In this document: in pieces, positions 39,757 to 49,411 of the stretch
Position numbering within the stretch: the stretch's first letter is position 1
Layout: the number at the start of each line of letters is the position of its first letter
Source of the DNA: Candidatus Kapaibacterium sp.
GTDB lineage: Bacteria > Bacteroidota > Ignavibacteria > Kapaibacteriales > UBA2268
NCBI GenBank assembly: GCA_963665665.1
Contig: OY762428.1
Span: 928,001-992,000, forward strand
Direction of reading: 5' to 3'
Length of the DNA stretch: 64,000 bases
Notes under the pieces: generated by a model
Told to the model about the DNA's origin: nothing
Seen by the model: only the letters and a program-made list of their open reading frames with translations
Database searches by the model: none
Program-made: the position numbers and the translations under genes

Positions 39757-41859
39757 ATGAAAACTTTTATTACACTGATTACCTTCTTAGTAGCAAATTC
39801 CCTTTTGTCCCAAACACCGGAATGGGATAATATCCAGTTCAATAACGACGTTTGCCATATTGATAAAAAAGACAGTATCGTATGGGCAGTAACTTCTGCT
39901 GGTATAGTTAAATTAAATGCAAATACTAATAAAAGCCGGCTGTATAACCGTGCCAATACTCCGCTGTCGGGCAACTGGCAGGATATATCTGCCATAGCAA
40001 TAGATTCCTACGGAAATTTCTGGGCGGGCTACAGTGATTTTAAAGTTGACAGAATCACAGAAAACGGTTGTGAAAATTATAATCTTATAGAAATTTTAGA
40101 TCTGTATAATGTTTCTTCGTTTAGAACATATTTGAATTCCATATCAGAAATCATTGTCAACAGGGACGGCAGGGTTAATTTTTGGATAAATTCCGCGGGG
40201 TTTGCAACTTATGAAAACGGAAACTGGCACCATCACTTGAACGACGAATTAAATTACAATTACTGCTTTGATTTTGATCTTGGAAAAGATGACAAATTAG
40301 TTAGTTTGCATGGAGCCGAGTATCTAATTTATCATAGCGAAGATTCTGTTGAAATTGTAAATGTACCTGGTTATGACGGCCTGCTGAACGTTCTGTATTC
40401 AATTGAAGTTTGTGACAGTACAGTTCTTTTGGGCGATGACAGCGGCCGATTAAAAAGTTTCGACGGCGATACTACGATACTTTTAGAACACTTTAAATCT
40501 AACGGGCCGGCAATGAAGGTTTATGAAATAGATTATAATCAAAAATTAAACATTTTTTATATTGAGCTTTTTGGAGACGTTTTAGTATTATATGACGGAG
40601 AGAAATTTTGGGAACCGCCTTTCGTGAACGAATTAGCAAGATTTGCAATTTTTGCGGAATGTTTCTATCCTGACACAGATGGTATAATATGGATGGGATC
40701 AAACAATGGTATATTTTCAGAAAATATAGAGAGATATTCTAAAGAATCCCGGATTCCGGATAATGCTATCTACGATGTTTTTCCAAATGGAAAGGATGTA
40801 TATGTGGCTACAGCAAGCGAGATTAAACGCTTCAACAGCGGAGAATGGTTTGTTATTTCAGCCGACAAAGATCATTATGGCAGGAAATCCAATTTTGTGA
40901 AATATAAGGATGGCGTTGCCGTTTCGACTCAGAATAGCATTCTTTTTATAAAAAATGACGAAGTTATAACATACGATTATCCCTGGAATTACAAAGCAAC
41001 ATTTACTCATAAAATTTGTGCTGATGAGGAAAATATTTATATAGCCGGTACAGATAAATTTTTCATTTTTGACGGCACAAATATATCCACTATCGATTAC
41101 GATGATGGAAAAAATAGTTCTTATAAAGATAATTATATGAAATCGTGTTTTGTTGCTAAAGATGGAAATGTATGGATATGCTGTGCACAAAAAATTTTCA
41201 GGTATAACGGATTTAATATTGACGAAAAAGTTTTTAGTGGAACAGAACCTGAAGCGCCATACATTAATGTCGGATTAATTGACGGTTGTTTGTGGATGTT
41301 AACTTATGAAGGAGCTTACAAAGAAGAAGATGGCAATTTTATAAAATATGATTTTGGCCTGGATTATGGTACCTGGCATGAAAATATTATGGATATTATT
41401 CCGGCAGAAGATGGAAATATGTGGGTAATTGCCAACAAACCCAGGCTATGGGACGGAGAGAAGTTTATTGACAGCGTTGATTATTCAAATTCCGGCATCC
41501 ACTACGAAAATATTGAGGGAATGCGTAAAGATAAATACGGAAATCTTTGGTTCTTTGATAGTAACAAGGGAATTAGTATGTATCGCAAGGGCGGTATAAA
41601 CAGTGTTGAGGATTTGCCTTTTTATAACCCGGAAGTTTATATTTACCCAAACCCTGCCAGCGGAAAGATCAACTTCGAATTACCAGAAGAGTTTAATGCT
41701 AAAGAGGCCCGGATATTTGATATTGAGGGAAGAATTGTATTTGAAACAGAGTTGTCAGGAAACGAATTGAACCTCAACACACTGCCTTGCGGTTCGTATA
41801 TAATCGAATTTTCGGATAAGAAAACAATAATAAGTAAAAAGGTTGAGATTGTAAGGTAG
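39757..41859 (+). CDS. Secreted beta-propeller protein with T9SS type A sorting domain (paralogue 2)
   Basis: Tandem paralogue of 37565-39649. Confidence 0.87.
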   Translation: MKTFITLITFLVANSLLSQTPEWDNIQFNNDVCHIDKKDSIVWAVTSAGIVKLNANTNKSRLYNRANTPLSGNWQDISAIAIDSYGNFWAGYSDFKVDRITENGCENYNLIEILDLYNVSSFRTYLNSISEIIVNRDGRVNFWINSAGFATYENGNWHHHLNDELNYNYCFDFDLGKDDKLVSLHGAEYLIYHSEDSVEIVNVPGYDGLLNVLYSIEVCDSTVLLGDDSGRLKSFDGDTTILLEHFKSNGPAMKVYEIDYNQKLNIFYIELFGDVLVLYDGEKFWEPPFVNELARFAIFAECFYPDTDGIIWMGSNNGIFSENIERYSKESRIPDNAIYDVFPNGKDVYVATASEIKRFNSGEWFVISADKDHYGRKSNFVKYKDGVAVSTQNSILFIKNDEVITYDYPWNYKATFTHKICADEENIYIAGTDKFFIFDGTNISTIDYDDGKNSSYKDNYMKSCFVAKDGNVWICCAQKIFRYNGFNIDEKVFSGTEPEAPYINVGLIDGCLWMLTYEGAYKEEDGNFIKYDFGLDYGTWHENIMDIIPAEDGNMWVIANKPRLWDGEKFIDSVDYSNSGIHYENIEGMRKDKYGNLWFFDSNKGISMYRKGGINSVEDLPFYNPEVYIYPNPASGKINFELPEEFNAKEARIFDIEGRIVFETELSGNELNLNTLPCGSYIIEFSDKKTIISKKVEIVR

Positions 41860-41903
41860 AAAGCATATTTTTAAAATGAGGCTGTCCAATAAGCTTACAA
41901 TGT

Positions 41904-41974
41904 TGTCACTTAAACAAAGTGAAGAGTCCATAACCTGCATGAATACTAGATTCTTCACTTCGTTCAGAATGACA
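41904..41974. repeat. Degenerate REP-like palindrome, sibling of 29519-29611 without the insert
   Basis: GCATGAATACT.GATTCTTCACTTCGTTCAG...AATGACAAAT is shared with the 29519 copy. Confidence 0.75.
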
Positions 41975-42028
41975 AATTGAATAAATTAAGAATAAAAAGA
42001 CATCGCCATTATTATTTTTTAGCATTGT

Positions 42029-42835
42029 TTATTGTTCTATTTTTGTGTAATCAATTTCAGATCCTAAAACGCTGTGTGGTATAAGATAAACTGCCAGGAG
42101 GCCTATAGCAGCAATAATAGCCCACCATTTGTGAGCAGGGTTCTTCTTTATCCTCCATAAGGCAACAATCCAGAGAATAAATGCAGCAAGGGTTTTATTG
42201 TCTGTCAGGTCGTGTCCCCAGGGCCAGCCGGTCCAGAATTCCCCAAAAGCATATTTTTGAATTACAGGGCCAAGTATCATTCCCCCAAGGATCAATAAAA
42301 AAACGGTATATTTTGCCAGCTTAAGGGTATTTTCACCCTTAAATATTGCTTCCATACCTGTACGCATAGAAAACCACATTGCCGTAAACATAAATAATAC
42401 ATGCGGTATCAGAAAGTATAAAGGTACATAGCCTTTAAAACGAATGATAACTAATTCGTCAGAAAGCTTATAATCAGCCCCGTCTTTATTAAGAACGATA
42501 TCGTAAATCACTTTTCCTGCGGGTGGCTGATGTGGGATTTCAGTTTTAAGAATATTTCCTTTCCTTACCAAATCAATTGTGGTCCATTCATCGTGGCTTT
42601 TAAATCTCTTGTAAGTCATTTTCCCGTTGATAGTTTTATCAGCAGCCTCTATTTCAATTTCCTGGCCGCCATCTCCGCCATGAGAGCGTGGTAATTTGAA
42701 ATGGATATCAGAATTTTCAATTTTTATACATCCTTTTACAGGATAAGTCGGGCCTGTCATACGCTGGTAAATAGCAATAGACATCATTACTATCAGAGAT
42801 ATTATCCACAAGCTTATACTTTTACCCTTACTCAT
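42029..42835 (-). CDS. Conserved-looking membrane protein of unknown function
   Basis: N-terminal TM helix, soluble domain, four C-terminal TM helices. Motifs YQRMTGPTYP, WTGWPWGHDLTDNKTL. Confidence 0.8.
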   Translation of the reverse strand: MSKGKSISLWIISLIVMMSIAIYQRMTGPTYPVKGCIKIENSDIHFKLPRSHGGDGGQEIEIEAADKTINGKMTYKRFKSHDEWTTIDLVRKGNILKTEIPHQPPAGKVIYDIVLNKDGADYKLSDELVIIRFKGYVPLYFLIPHVLFMFTAMWFSMRTGMEAIFKGENTLKLAKYTVFLLILGGMILGPVIQKYAFGEFWTGWPWGHDLTDNKTLAAFILWIVALWRIKKNPAHKWWAIIAAIGLLAVYLIPHSVLGSEIDYTKIEQ

Positions 42836-42956
42836 AACTAATCTTTAATTTAGTTTGCAATAATATTTATCACCATGAGGAAATAAACATGGTTTTATTT
42901 TATAATTTAATCATAATTCCGGGAAAGTAAAAAAAGGAATGATTTTATTTTTCAAA

Positions 42957-42985
42957 TCACCCGACAGCATAATGCCGTCGGATGA
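42957..42985 (-). terminator. Hairpin after the IgGFc-domain gene
   Basis: TCACCCGACAGCAT / ATGCCGTCGGATGA imperfect stem about 10 nt after the stop. Weak U-tract. Confidence 0.55.
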
Positions 42986-42994
42986 ATTTACTAA

Positions 42995-45900
42995 CTACTT
43001 TGCAATTACAAGTTTTCGGACAGCAGAAAAAGGCCCGGATTTCATTTCAACCAGGTAAACTCCTGATCTTAATTCATCAATTGGCAGAGAGGCGGTATAT
43101 TTACCGGGCCTAAGATTCTGATCAATAATATTTGCTGCTAATTGTCCGTTAGAACAAAAAATATCTATTGTTGTTCGAGCTTCAAGCCCAACACTGTAAT
43201 TAATATCTGTTCCCATATTACCCACGGGGTTAGGGCTGATTTCCTCCAAAGAATAGTTTTCTGCTGAAAACAAAAGTTTCCTAATCTCATCGGCACAAAC
43301 AGGCTGCATAGCAATCCTGGCGCTTCTGGATTCAAATTCGGCACATAAAGTTCCAACAGGCACCACCGAATGAGTTATTAAAGCCACATTGTTCGTGTCG
43401 GTTGGAAGATAAGTTTCAAACTCAAAATCAATCAGATTACCACTACCATCAAGATAATTTCCGGCAATGCTTACAAGTGATAATGTGAAAGATCCTCCAT
43501 TTTCATTGATTTCGGGAGTACTCTCAAACATGAATAAACCATCAGCCATTTCTCCGGGAACAATAGATTCAGGAATTATCCTGATAAAAGAATTATCATA
43601 TTCCACCATGACATCAAGGCGATCGATACCGGCCCTGCTAAAATCTTCACCCGGATCAATATACACCGACATTTTAACTTTTTCGCCAATTTCTGCTTTC
43701 CTCGTGGCGGGAGTTATTGATGATAGTTTATCAATAATTATCCCTTTCCCTTTTATTTCCGACATTATTCTCGGTTTCAACGGTAAGGATGTTTCTGCAA
43801 CAAGATCAACAGACTTATCAACATCACCAACCGGTTCAAATATTAATTCAACTTCCTTTGACTCCCCGGAAGCTAAGCTGAAACCCGATGGTATCATATC
43901 GTCTGCAAAATAGAAATCCCTTTCAGGAGGATCTATTGATAATGAACGTACATCAACTTCAGAAGAACCGAAATTCTTGATCTTACAGATAATTGTATCT
44001 TTAAGGCCGAAACAAATTTCCGATGAATCAGCTAATATTTCAATACCGTTTACCAATCCCCTGCCCTGCCAGTTTGATACAATTTCGGACTCTGCATCTG
44101 ATAAAATTTTTAGCTGAGTGCTAACATCGTCGGAAACAACTGCTTTGAAAGACGCATTAACCTGAAGGGCGGTTCCGGGAGCTAACAAATTAAAATCAAA
44201 CAGGTTAGTATCGAGACGGAAGCCCTTGTTAAGGCTGAAATCCGGACTAAATGATATATCACCAATATTAATGTTTTCAAAATCAATTAATTTCAAAGTG
44301 TCACAAAACTCCCATTCATCCATACCAAGGTTTTTTATTATCAATTTTTTATTCGAAATACTGTAAACATCATCAATTACAGTTGCATCGAAAGTAATAT
44401 CATTTACCGTGATAATCGGAACTACGCCAATTCCTTCGATAATGGTTCTTGTTTTGCTGTTACCGTCGTTATAATATTCAATAACCAGCCGGTGATATCC
44501 CGCTTCAAGGGGTTTAAAAGAAACAGGCAAATAAAATTTATCGTTTACATTGATCGTACGGTTCACTAAAAGGGAACTATCTATTTTAAAAGCACTGCCT
44601 TTATCATTTTCAATAATCGAATAGCCGGACAATTTAACGGGGGCAGAACCTTTATTTTCCAGGATAATTCCTCCGCCTTCACCCGGAAAATCATAAGGCC
44701 CGGCAGGAAATAAATCCCTGTGTATCCTTTTTCTGCCAAAATTACAAGATGTTGCTACCAGCCCGGGCTTAAGCCCTTTTCCGTCAAGATATGCAATACT
44801 GTCTATTCTAACAGCATTGCTGAAAAATACTATTGAATCCCGATAAGTTACCTCGTTGTCAGGAGAAAATTGAACATTAAATGAAACGTCAGGAGCTCCG
44901 CTTTTAATAATAAAAGGCACAGAGGGAGAACAATTTCTAAGACCATTGGGCATAATTGCTGTAAATTCACTACTGAAAGGGCCTTCATAACCAGTAATCA
45001 GCAAATCGGCTTTACCGGCATTGCTGATAATTACTTCTCCGTTCTGATTATCTGATATCAGGATATCGCCATACTGGATATCGCTAACATATATTTCCGG
45101 CCCGCCAATTTCTGCCTTTACTTTCGATTTAGGATAGTAAATGCAGGTATCCCCCAATCCTATAGAATCAACAAAGACCCCGTCCTTATCAGACATGAAT
45201 GAAATTTCAATATTTTTAGTTCCCAGTGGGGGAAGAAGAAACGGAAGATCATCTGATTCAATGCTGAATCCCTGGTCATCTGTTTTGAATCCTATCCTGG
45301 TGATAATTGCCTCGGATGTTGAAGAAAGATTCCTTACGGTGATATTGCTTTTAACTTTCTGATTTGGAGAAACAAAACCAAAATCAATATAATCAGGTTC
45401 AATATCAAGTTTTACTGCTTTATATTCAATAGTAACAGTCGAATCATTCCCGGCCTGGTCGGTAAATCTCAGAGTTGCAACAGCATCTCGGCTTCGGTCG
45501 CCAACATTAAGTTTCCACCAGGTAGATCTTGTCCTGCCGGGTTCGAACTCTCCGTGGCTAAAATCAAAATTATCATTGTCGTCAAGGAAATTGAATATTG
45601 TAGCAAGGTTTGATCTGAAATTTTCATCCTCAGGCATATCTGTTACAAATCCCTCTACTGTTCCGTTACAATTCACGGTCCATGTTGGCACGGGTGCTTC
45701 AGTATCTGTTATCTCAATATTATTAACATTCGCGCTGGCAGGATAACCAAACGACCCATAGTTGGAAAATCCATAAACATATACAGCAAAAGGACTGTCG
45801 TTCTTTAATTTGTAAACACCCTTTTCGCTGATAGGCAGGATAAGAGAAGCATATTTATGGCCGCTAAGATCGAAAGCAAATTTATTAACATCTTCAACCT

Positions 45901-47194
45901 GCGGCTGATAGGCTACTTTACGCCAATAAAGAGGGCCATTTGTAACCTTAGCTATTTGCAGGCTGTCGGAAGGGTATCCGTCAAATCCGCATTGATAAAT
46001 AATAACGATATACTGGTCATAATATGATTCCTGAGATTTTATTTCCGGTAAGGCAAAAGTAAGCTCTTTTTGGAATTGCTCTTCAGGAACTAAAGCCATT
46101 TGGAACGGGTCGCTCTTGGGTTTGGGGTCATCATCCTCTTCTTCGCCGGTATTATAAACCGTTACTCCGATATCATTGTCGCTCCAGAAAACAGCATTAC
46201 CGGGCACTGAATCAGGTGTAACTCTGGCTTCGTAAAATCCCGGTTCTTCCAACGTGGCTAATTCAAAATGATCACGATATATGATAGTATTTGGCTCGCG
46301 CGTAAAAATTCTTACTATTGAACTATATTTCCTGCCCCTGACACTAATAGCCGGATAATTCTTACCCCAGGAATGAGCGGGAAATTCCATCTCGGCAATA
46401 TAATCGCAATAATCATTTCCAATAGGAATACTTGCACATTGATTCCCGGATATTACGGCCACAGGTTTTGTTGAAAATATAAGGCTCCCGGAAAGATCTT
46501 TATCCGGGCCGCCGGAAGAAAACAACCAGACATCACCGCTATTCAATACTTTGGTTAAAGTATCTCCTGCTATCAAGCCACCCGTACTACTGTTTGTGCT
46601 GTCCCCGTGAAGAACAAAACTTACCTCGCTGTTGTCATAAGGAGCCACTACACCGGAAAGGCTGGGAAGCCTCAGCCCCGGATGAGACCCGCTTCCATCG
46701 CCATAAGAAGAAACATAATACCTGTTTCCAAGGGCTGAAACCGGCAGAGCCAGGAAGCCCTCTGTTACATAACGGTAATTAACCATAACATAAACCAGAA
46801 TTGGCACCGAAGAATAAACATGAACAGCCTGTTTCATGGCAATGGCATTGCTTATTTCAGAAACATAACCATAACGTGTATAAATCTGTGCTTCCTCGGG
46901 AGTAAGAATAAATTCAGATACCTCGTAGGGTAGTGCATTTATTGTCGAAATTCTGTTCGGAAGCTCAAGTGTTACCTTTGCTGGTTGAGACGAAACAACA
47001 AAAACCTTTACAACATCTCTCAGGTCATAATCAAGCTGGAAAGCCGGAGGTACCGAAAACCAGTAATCCCTTCCTATATTGGTAATCCCCAGCATAGAAG
47101 GTAAATCTTCTTTTTGAATAATATCTTTCTCCTTGGCATTCATTACCAATGAAGAAATTATGACAATAAGAATAAGGTTTACAATTGTTTTCAT
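42995..47194 (-). CDS. Large secreted protein: IgGFc-binding-like N-domain, Ig-like (ASH/choice-of-anchor D) repeats, cohesin-like domain, T9SS sorting domain
   Basis: EGFLALPVSALGNRY, DLSGSLIFSTKPVAVISGNQC, VYVYGF..YGSFGYP, repeated DFG...I.N.G...L.I motifs, C-terminal ISPNP...SGVYLVEMKSG. Confidence 0.82.
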   Translation of the reverse strand: MKTIVNLILIVIISSLVMNAKEKDIIQKEDLPSMLGITNIGRDYWFSVPPAFQLDYDLRDVVKVFVVSSQPAKVTLELPNRISTINALPYEVSEFILTPEEAQIYTRYGYVSEISNAIAMKQAVHVYSSVPILVYVMVNYRYVTEGFLALPVSALGNRYYVSSYGDGSGSHPGLRLPSLSGVVAPYDNSEVSFVLHGDSTNSSTGGLIAGDTLTKVLNSGDVWLFSSGGPDKDLSGSLIFSTKPVAVISGNQCASIPIGNDYCDYIAEMEFPAHSWGKNYPAISVRGRKYSSIVRIFTREPNTIIYRDHFELATLEEPGFYEARVTPDSVPGNAVFWSDNDIGVTVYNTGEEEDDDPKPKSDPFQMALVPEEQFQKELTFALPEIKSQESYYDQYIVIIYQCGFDGYPSDSLQIAKVTNGPLYWRKVAYQPQVEDVNKFAFDLSGHKYASLILPISEKGVYKLKNDSPFAVYVYGFSNYGSFGYPASANVNNIEITDTEAPVPTWTVNCNGTVEGFVTDMPEDENFRSNLATIFNFLDDNDNFDFSHGEFEPGRTRSTWWKLNVGDRSRDAVATLRFTDQAGNDSTVTIEYKAVKLDIEPDYIDFGFVSPNQKVKSNITVRNLSSTSEAIITRIGFKTDDQGFSIESDDLPFLLPPLGTKNIEISFMSDKDGVFVDSIGLGDTCIYYPKSKVKAEIGGPEIYVSDIQYGDILISDNQNGEVIISNAGKADLLITGYEGPFSSEFTAIMPNGLRNCSPSVPFIIKSGAPDVSFNVQFSPDNEVTYRDSIVFFSNAVRIDSIAYLDGKGLKPGLVATSCNFGRKRIHRDLFPAGPYDFPGEGGGIILENKGSAPVKLSGYSIIENDKGSAFKIDSSLLVNRTINVNDKFYLPVSFKPLEAGYHRLVIEYYNDGNSKTRTIIEGIGVVPIITVNDITFDATVIDDVYSISNKKLIIKNLGMDEWEFCDTLKLIDFENINIGDISFSPDFSLNKGFRLDTNLFDFNLLAPGTALQVNASFKAVVSDDVSTQLKILSDAESEIVSNWQGRGLVNGIEILADSSEICFGLKDTIICKIKNFGSSEVDVRSLSIDPPERDFYFADDMIPSGFSLASGESKEVELIFEPVGDVDKSVDLVAETSLPLKPRIMSEIKGKGIIIDKLSSITPATRKAEIGEKVKMSVYIDPGEDFSRAGIDRLDVMVEYDNSFIRIIPESIVPGEMADGLFMFESTPEINENGGSFTLSLVSIAGNYLDGSGNLIDFEFETYLPTDTNNVALITHSVVPVGTLCAEFESRSARIAMQPVCADEIRKLLFSAENYSLEEISPNPVGNMGTDINYSVGLEARTTIDIFCSNGQLAANIIDQNLRPGKYTASLPIDELRSGVYLVEMKSGPFSAVRKLVIAK

Positions 47195-47231
47195 ATCTTT
47201 ATTTAATTATTATTTCAATCTTACTAATATT

Positions 47232-47260
47232 AATGACACATGAATGGCAAAAAAGTCTCA
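47232..47260 (-). promoter_or_regulatory. ECF-type promoter TGAGACTTTTTTGCCATTCATGTGTCATT
   Basis: Second copy of the 29-nt motif, 37 nt upstream of the ATG at 47194. Confidence 0.7.
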
Positions 47261-47340
47261 GAAAAAATTAAAAAAAATATAATTTCCTGATAATATGTGC
47301 TAATTATTTTTGAAATTCAGTACAGAATACAAATTTGGTA

Positions 47341-47464
47341 AATCCTGCCTCAGGAATGAAAATGAACAAGTCGGTGGAATATTCGCAGGTTATCACCCCA
47401 AAGTAAACCTTGAAACGGTAACGCATAAAGCTTCAGGATGTTTGCATACCTCTCGATCAGGATC
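47341..47464. ncRNA. Candidate structured small RNA (unassigned, possibly 6S-like)
   Basis: GC-richer island in AT-rich intergenic DNA. The ends ATCCTG/CAGGAT pair, and there is an internal CTTGAA...TTCAGG stem. Confidence 0.3.
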
Positions 47465-47493
47465 GTTCCCCTATCCAATTCCGAATTTTTTAA

Positions 47494-49392
47494 TTATTTT
47501 ATTCTGTCTATCCAGCTTTGAGTGAAACCATATTTTTTTGCTGCTGCTTTAGCCTTTTCTTTAGTATCAAATTTACCAAACCGCACACGATACCATACCT
47601 GATCCCGTATTTTCTGGCTGCTGATACGAGAGTCGCTGATATTCATATTCTTTATCCTGGCAAGCCATTCCAGGGCATCTTTCTTCGAAGGTGAAGAATA
47701 CACCTGCACGGTAAAAATACCAGTCGAAGCAGGTTTCTCCGGTAATGGCAAATCCTTGTCTTTATAAGTTGTTTTTCGCGGTTTCGTTTTTCTCTGAACT
47801 TTCTTTGTAGTCTGAGCAGGCTTTGGAGTATGTTTAACAGTTTTTTGCGCTGTCTCCGGTTTGGGTTTTTCCAGAGGAATCACTGATTCTTCTTTTTGCT
47901 CTTCCTCAGGCTGGGTGTGAGAGGAATCTTCCGCAACTTCCTGATGTTCAGGCTGTTCTTCAACAATAGGCTCTTCTTTCTTCTCTTCATGTTTGGGTTC
48001 AGCATGATGTTCGGGGCCAACGGCATGGCTATCAACCGGGTGAATATCTTCAACCAAAGTGGAATCACTGCCACCAATTATACCTGCCTTTTCCAATTCC
48101 GGTTTGAAAAGATAGAAATAAGATAATATAATAACCGACAGAATTGCAATACTTCCCGCAGAAACAACACCGATCTTCATCCAGGGCAAAGGTTTACGAT
48201 TCTTTCTCTTCTTTTTGCTATCCCCCTTCTTTACAGCAGGCTTATGAGCGGGCTGCGACATTTTAAAATCTTCTTTTTTCTCCTCATCAAAAGTTGAGGG
48301 ATGCTCAGCTTCAATATCACTTATATCAATTACTTCCGATTCTTTGTCATCAATAGGGGCAAATTCTTCTTCAGTTTCATCTTCCGGACTATCTTCAATA
48401 TCATCTGATTCAGTTTCTTTCTTTTCTTTCCTTTTCTTCGACCTTTCAAGTTCACCCTCTATCAGGTTCATCAGGTCATTATCAACTTCAGTATCATCTG
48501 AAATTTCATTTTCAGTGTCATCTGATTCAGTTTCAGTATCGTCAGAAAATGATACAGATTCATCCATAATTTCTTCTTCGGCTTCAGGTGCGGGGGCTTC
48601 ATCTTCAATTTCGGTTTCTTCTTCCTCAAAACCAACAAAATCATCCTCCTCTGCAATTTCCTCTGCAACGGCTGAATCTTCTTCTTCAACAACAGATTCA
48701 TCATCCAGATTCTGGCTGCCGTCTTCCTCTTCTTCAAATAAGTCCCAGACCGAACCGCCTTCCTTAGGAACATCAATCTGTCCAGCCATACTTACTTCAT
48801 CACCATCTATATCGGAGTCCGCAATCCCTTCAGCAGCCTCATCACTGTCGATTCCGGATTTTTCATATTCTCCTGTATCATCTGTTTCAACTCCCGATTT
48901 TTCAGGAGTTCCAAGATCATCGTCATCATCAAATAAATCTTTTTCTGCATCGCCAATAGGTTCATCTTCATCTGCAATAGCAGCATCATCCTGATCATTT
49001 TCATTATCGGCAGCACCCGTAAATTGAGCTGCAAGGGCAAGCAAGTCATCATCTCCGTCCATGCTTCGATTATCAGCAGCATCTGGCGAACCTTCATCGG
49101 ACTCTTTTTTGTTAGCCGTATTGCTGTCATCTTTATCAGCAAACATACTGATTATATCATCCGTATCAGCATCTTCAGCAATATCATCATCTAATTCAGT
49201 AATACCGTCCAATTCATTATCATCAAAAGAATCATTGCCGGCCGAATCTTCGCTAACGAAGCCCATATCAGGCTGGTCACCCGGATAGAAGCCGGTTTCT
49301 TCAACAAGAAAAGACTCATCATTTTCTTCCCCGGCATCAAAACCCGATAGTTTCTCTTCTTCTTTTAATTCTTCGTTGTCGAATGACGACAT
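47494..49392 (-). CDS. SPOR-domain membrane protein with a ~370-aa acidic N-terminal region
   Basis: D/E-rich tract, basic patch, one TM helix, C-terminal FTVQVYSS...WYRVRFGKFDTKEKA. Confidence 0.85.
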   Translation of the reverse strand: MSSFDNEELKEEEKLSGFDAGEENDESFLVEETGFYPGDQPDMGFVSEDSAGNDSFDDNELDGITELDDDIAEDADTDDIISMFADKDDSNTANKKESDEGSPDAADNRSMDGDDDLLALAAQFTGAADNENDQDDAAIADEDEPIGDAEKDLFDDDDDLGTPEKSGVETDDTGEYEKSGIDSDEAAEGIADSDIDGDEVSMAGQIDVPKEGGSVWDLFEEEEDGSQNLDDESVVEEEDSAVAEEIAEEDDFVGFEEEETEIEDEAPAPEAEEEIMDESVSFSDDTETESDDTENEISDDTEVDNDLMNLIEGELERSKKRKEKKETESDDIEDSPEDETEEEFAPIDDKESEVIDISDIEAEHPSTFDEEKKEDFKMSQPAHKPAVKKGDSKKKRKNRKPLPWMKIGVVSAGSIAILSVIILSYFYLFKPELEKAGIIGGSDSTLVEDIHPVDSHAVGPEHHAEPKHEEKKEEPIVEEQPEHQEVAEDSSHTQPEEEQKEESVIPLEKPKPETAQKTVKHTPKPAQTTKKVQRKTKPRKTTYKDKDLPLPEKPASTGIFTVQVYSSPSKKDALEWLARIKNMNISDSRISSQKIRDQVWYRVRFGKFDTKEKAKAAAKKYGFTQSWIDRIK

Positions 49393-49411
49393 GATTTTTC
49401 CTTTTACTGAT

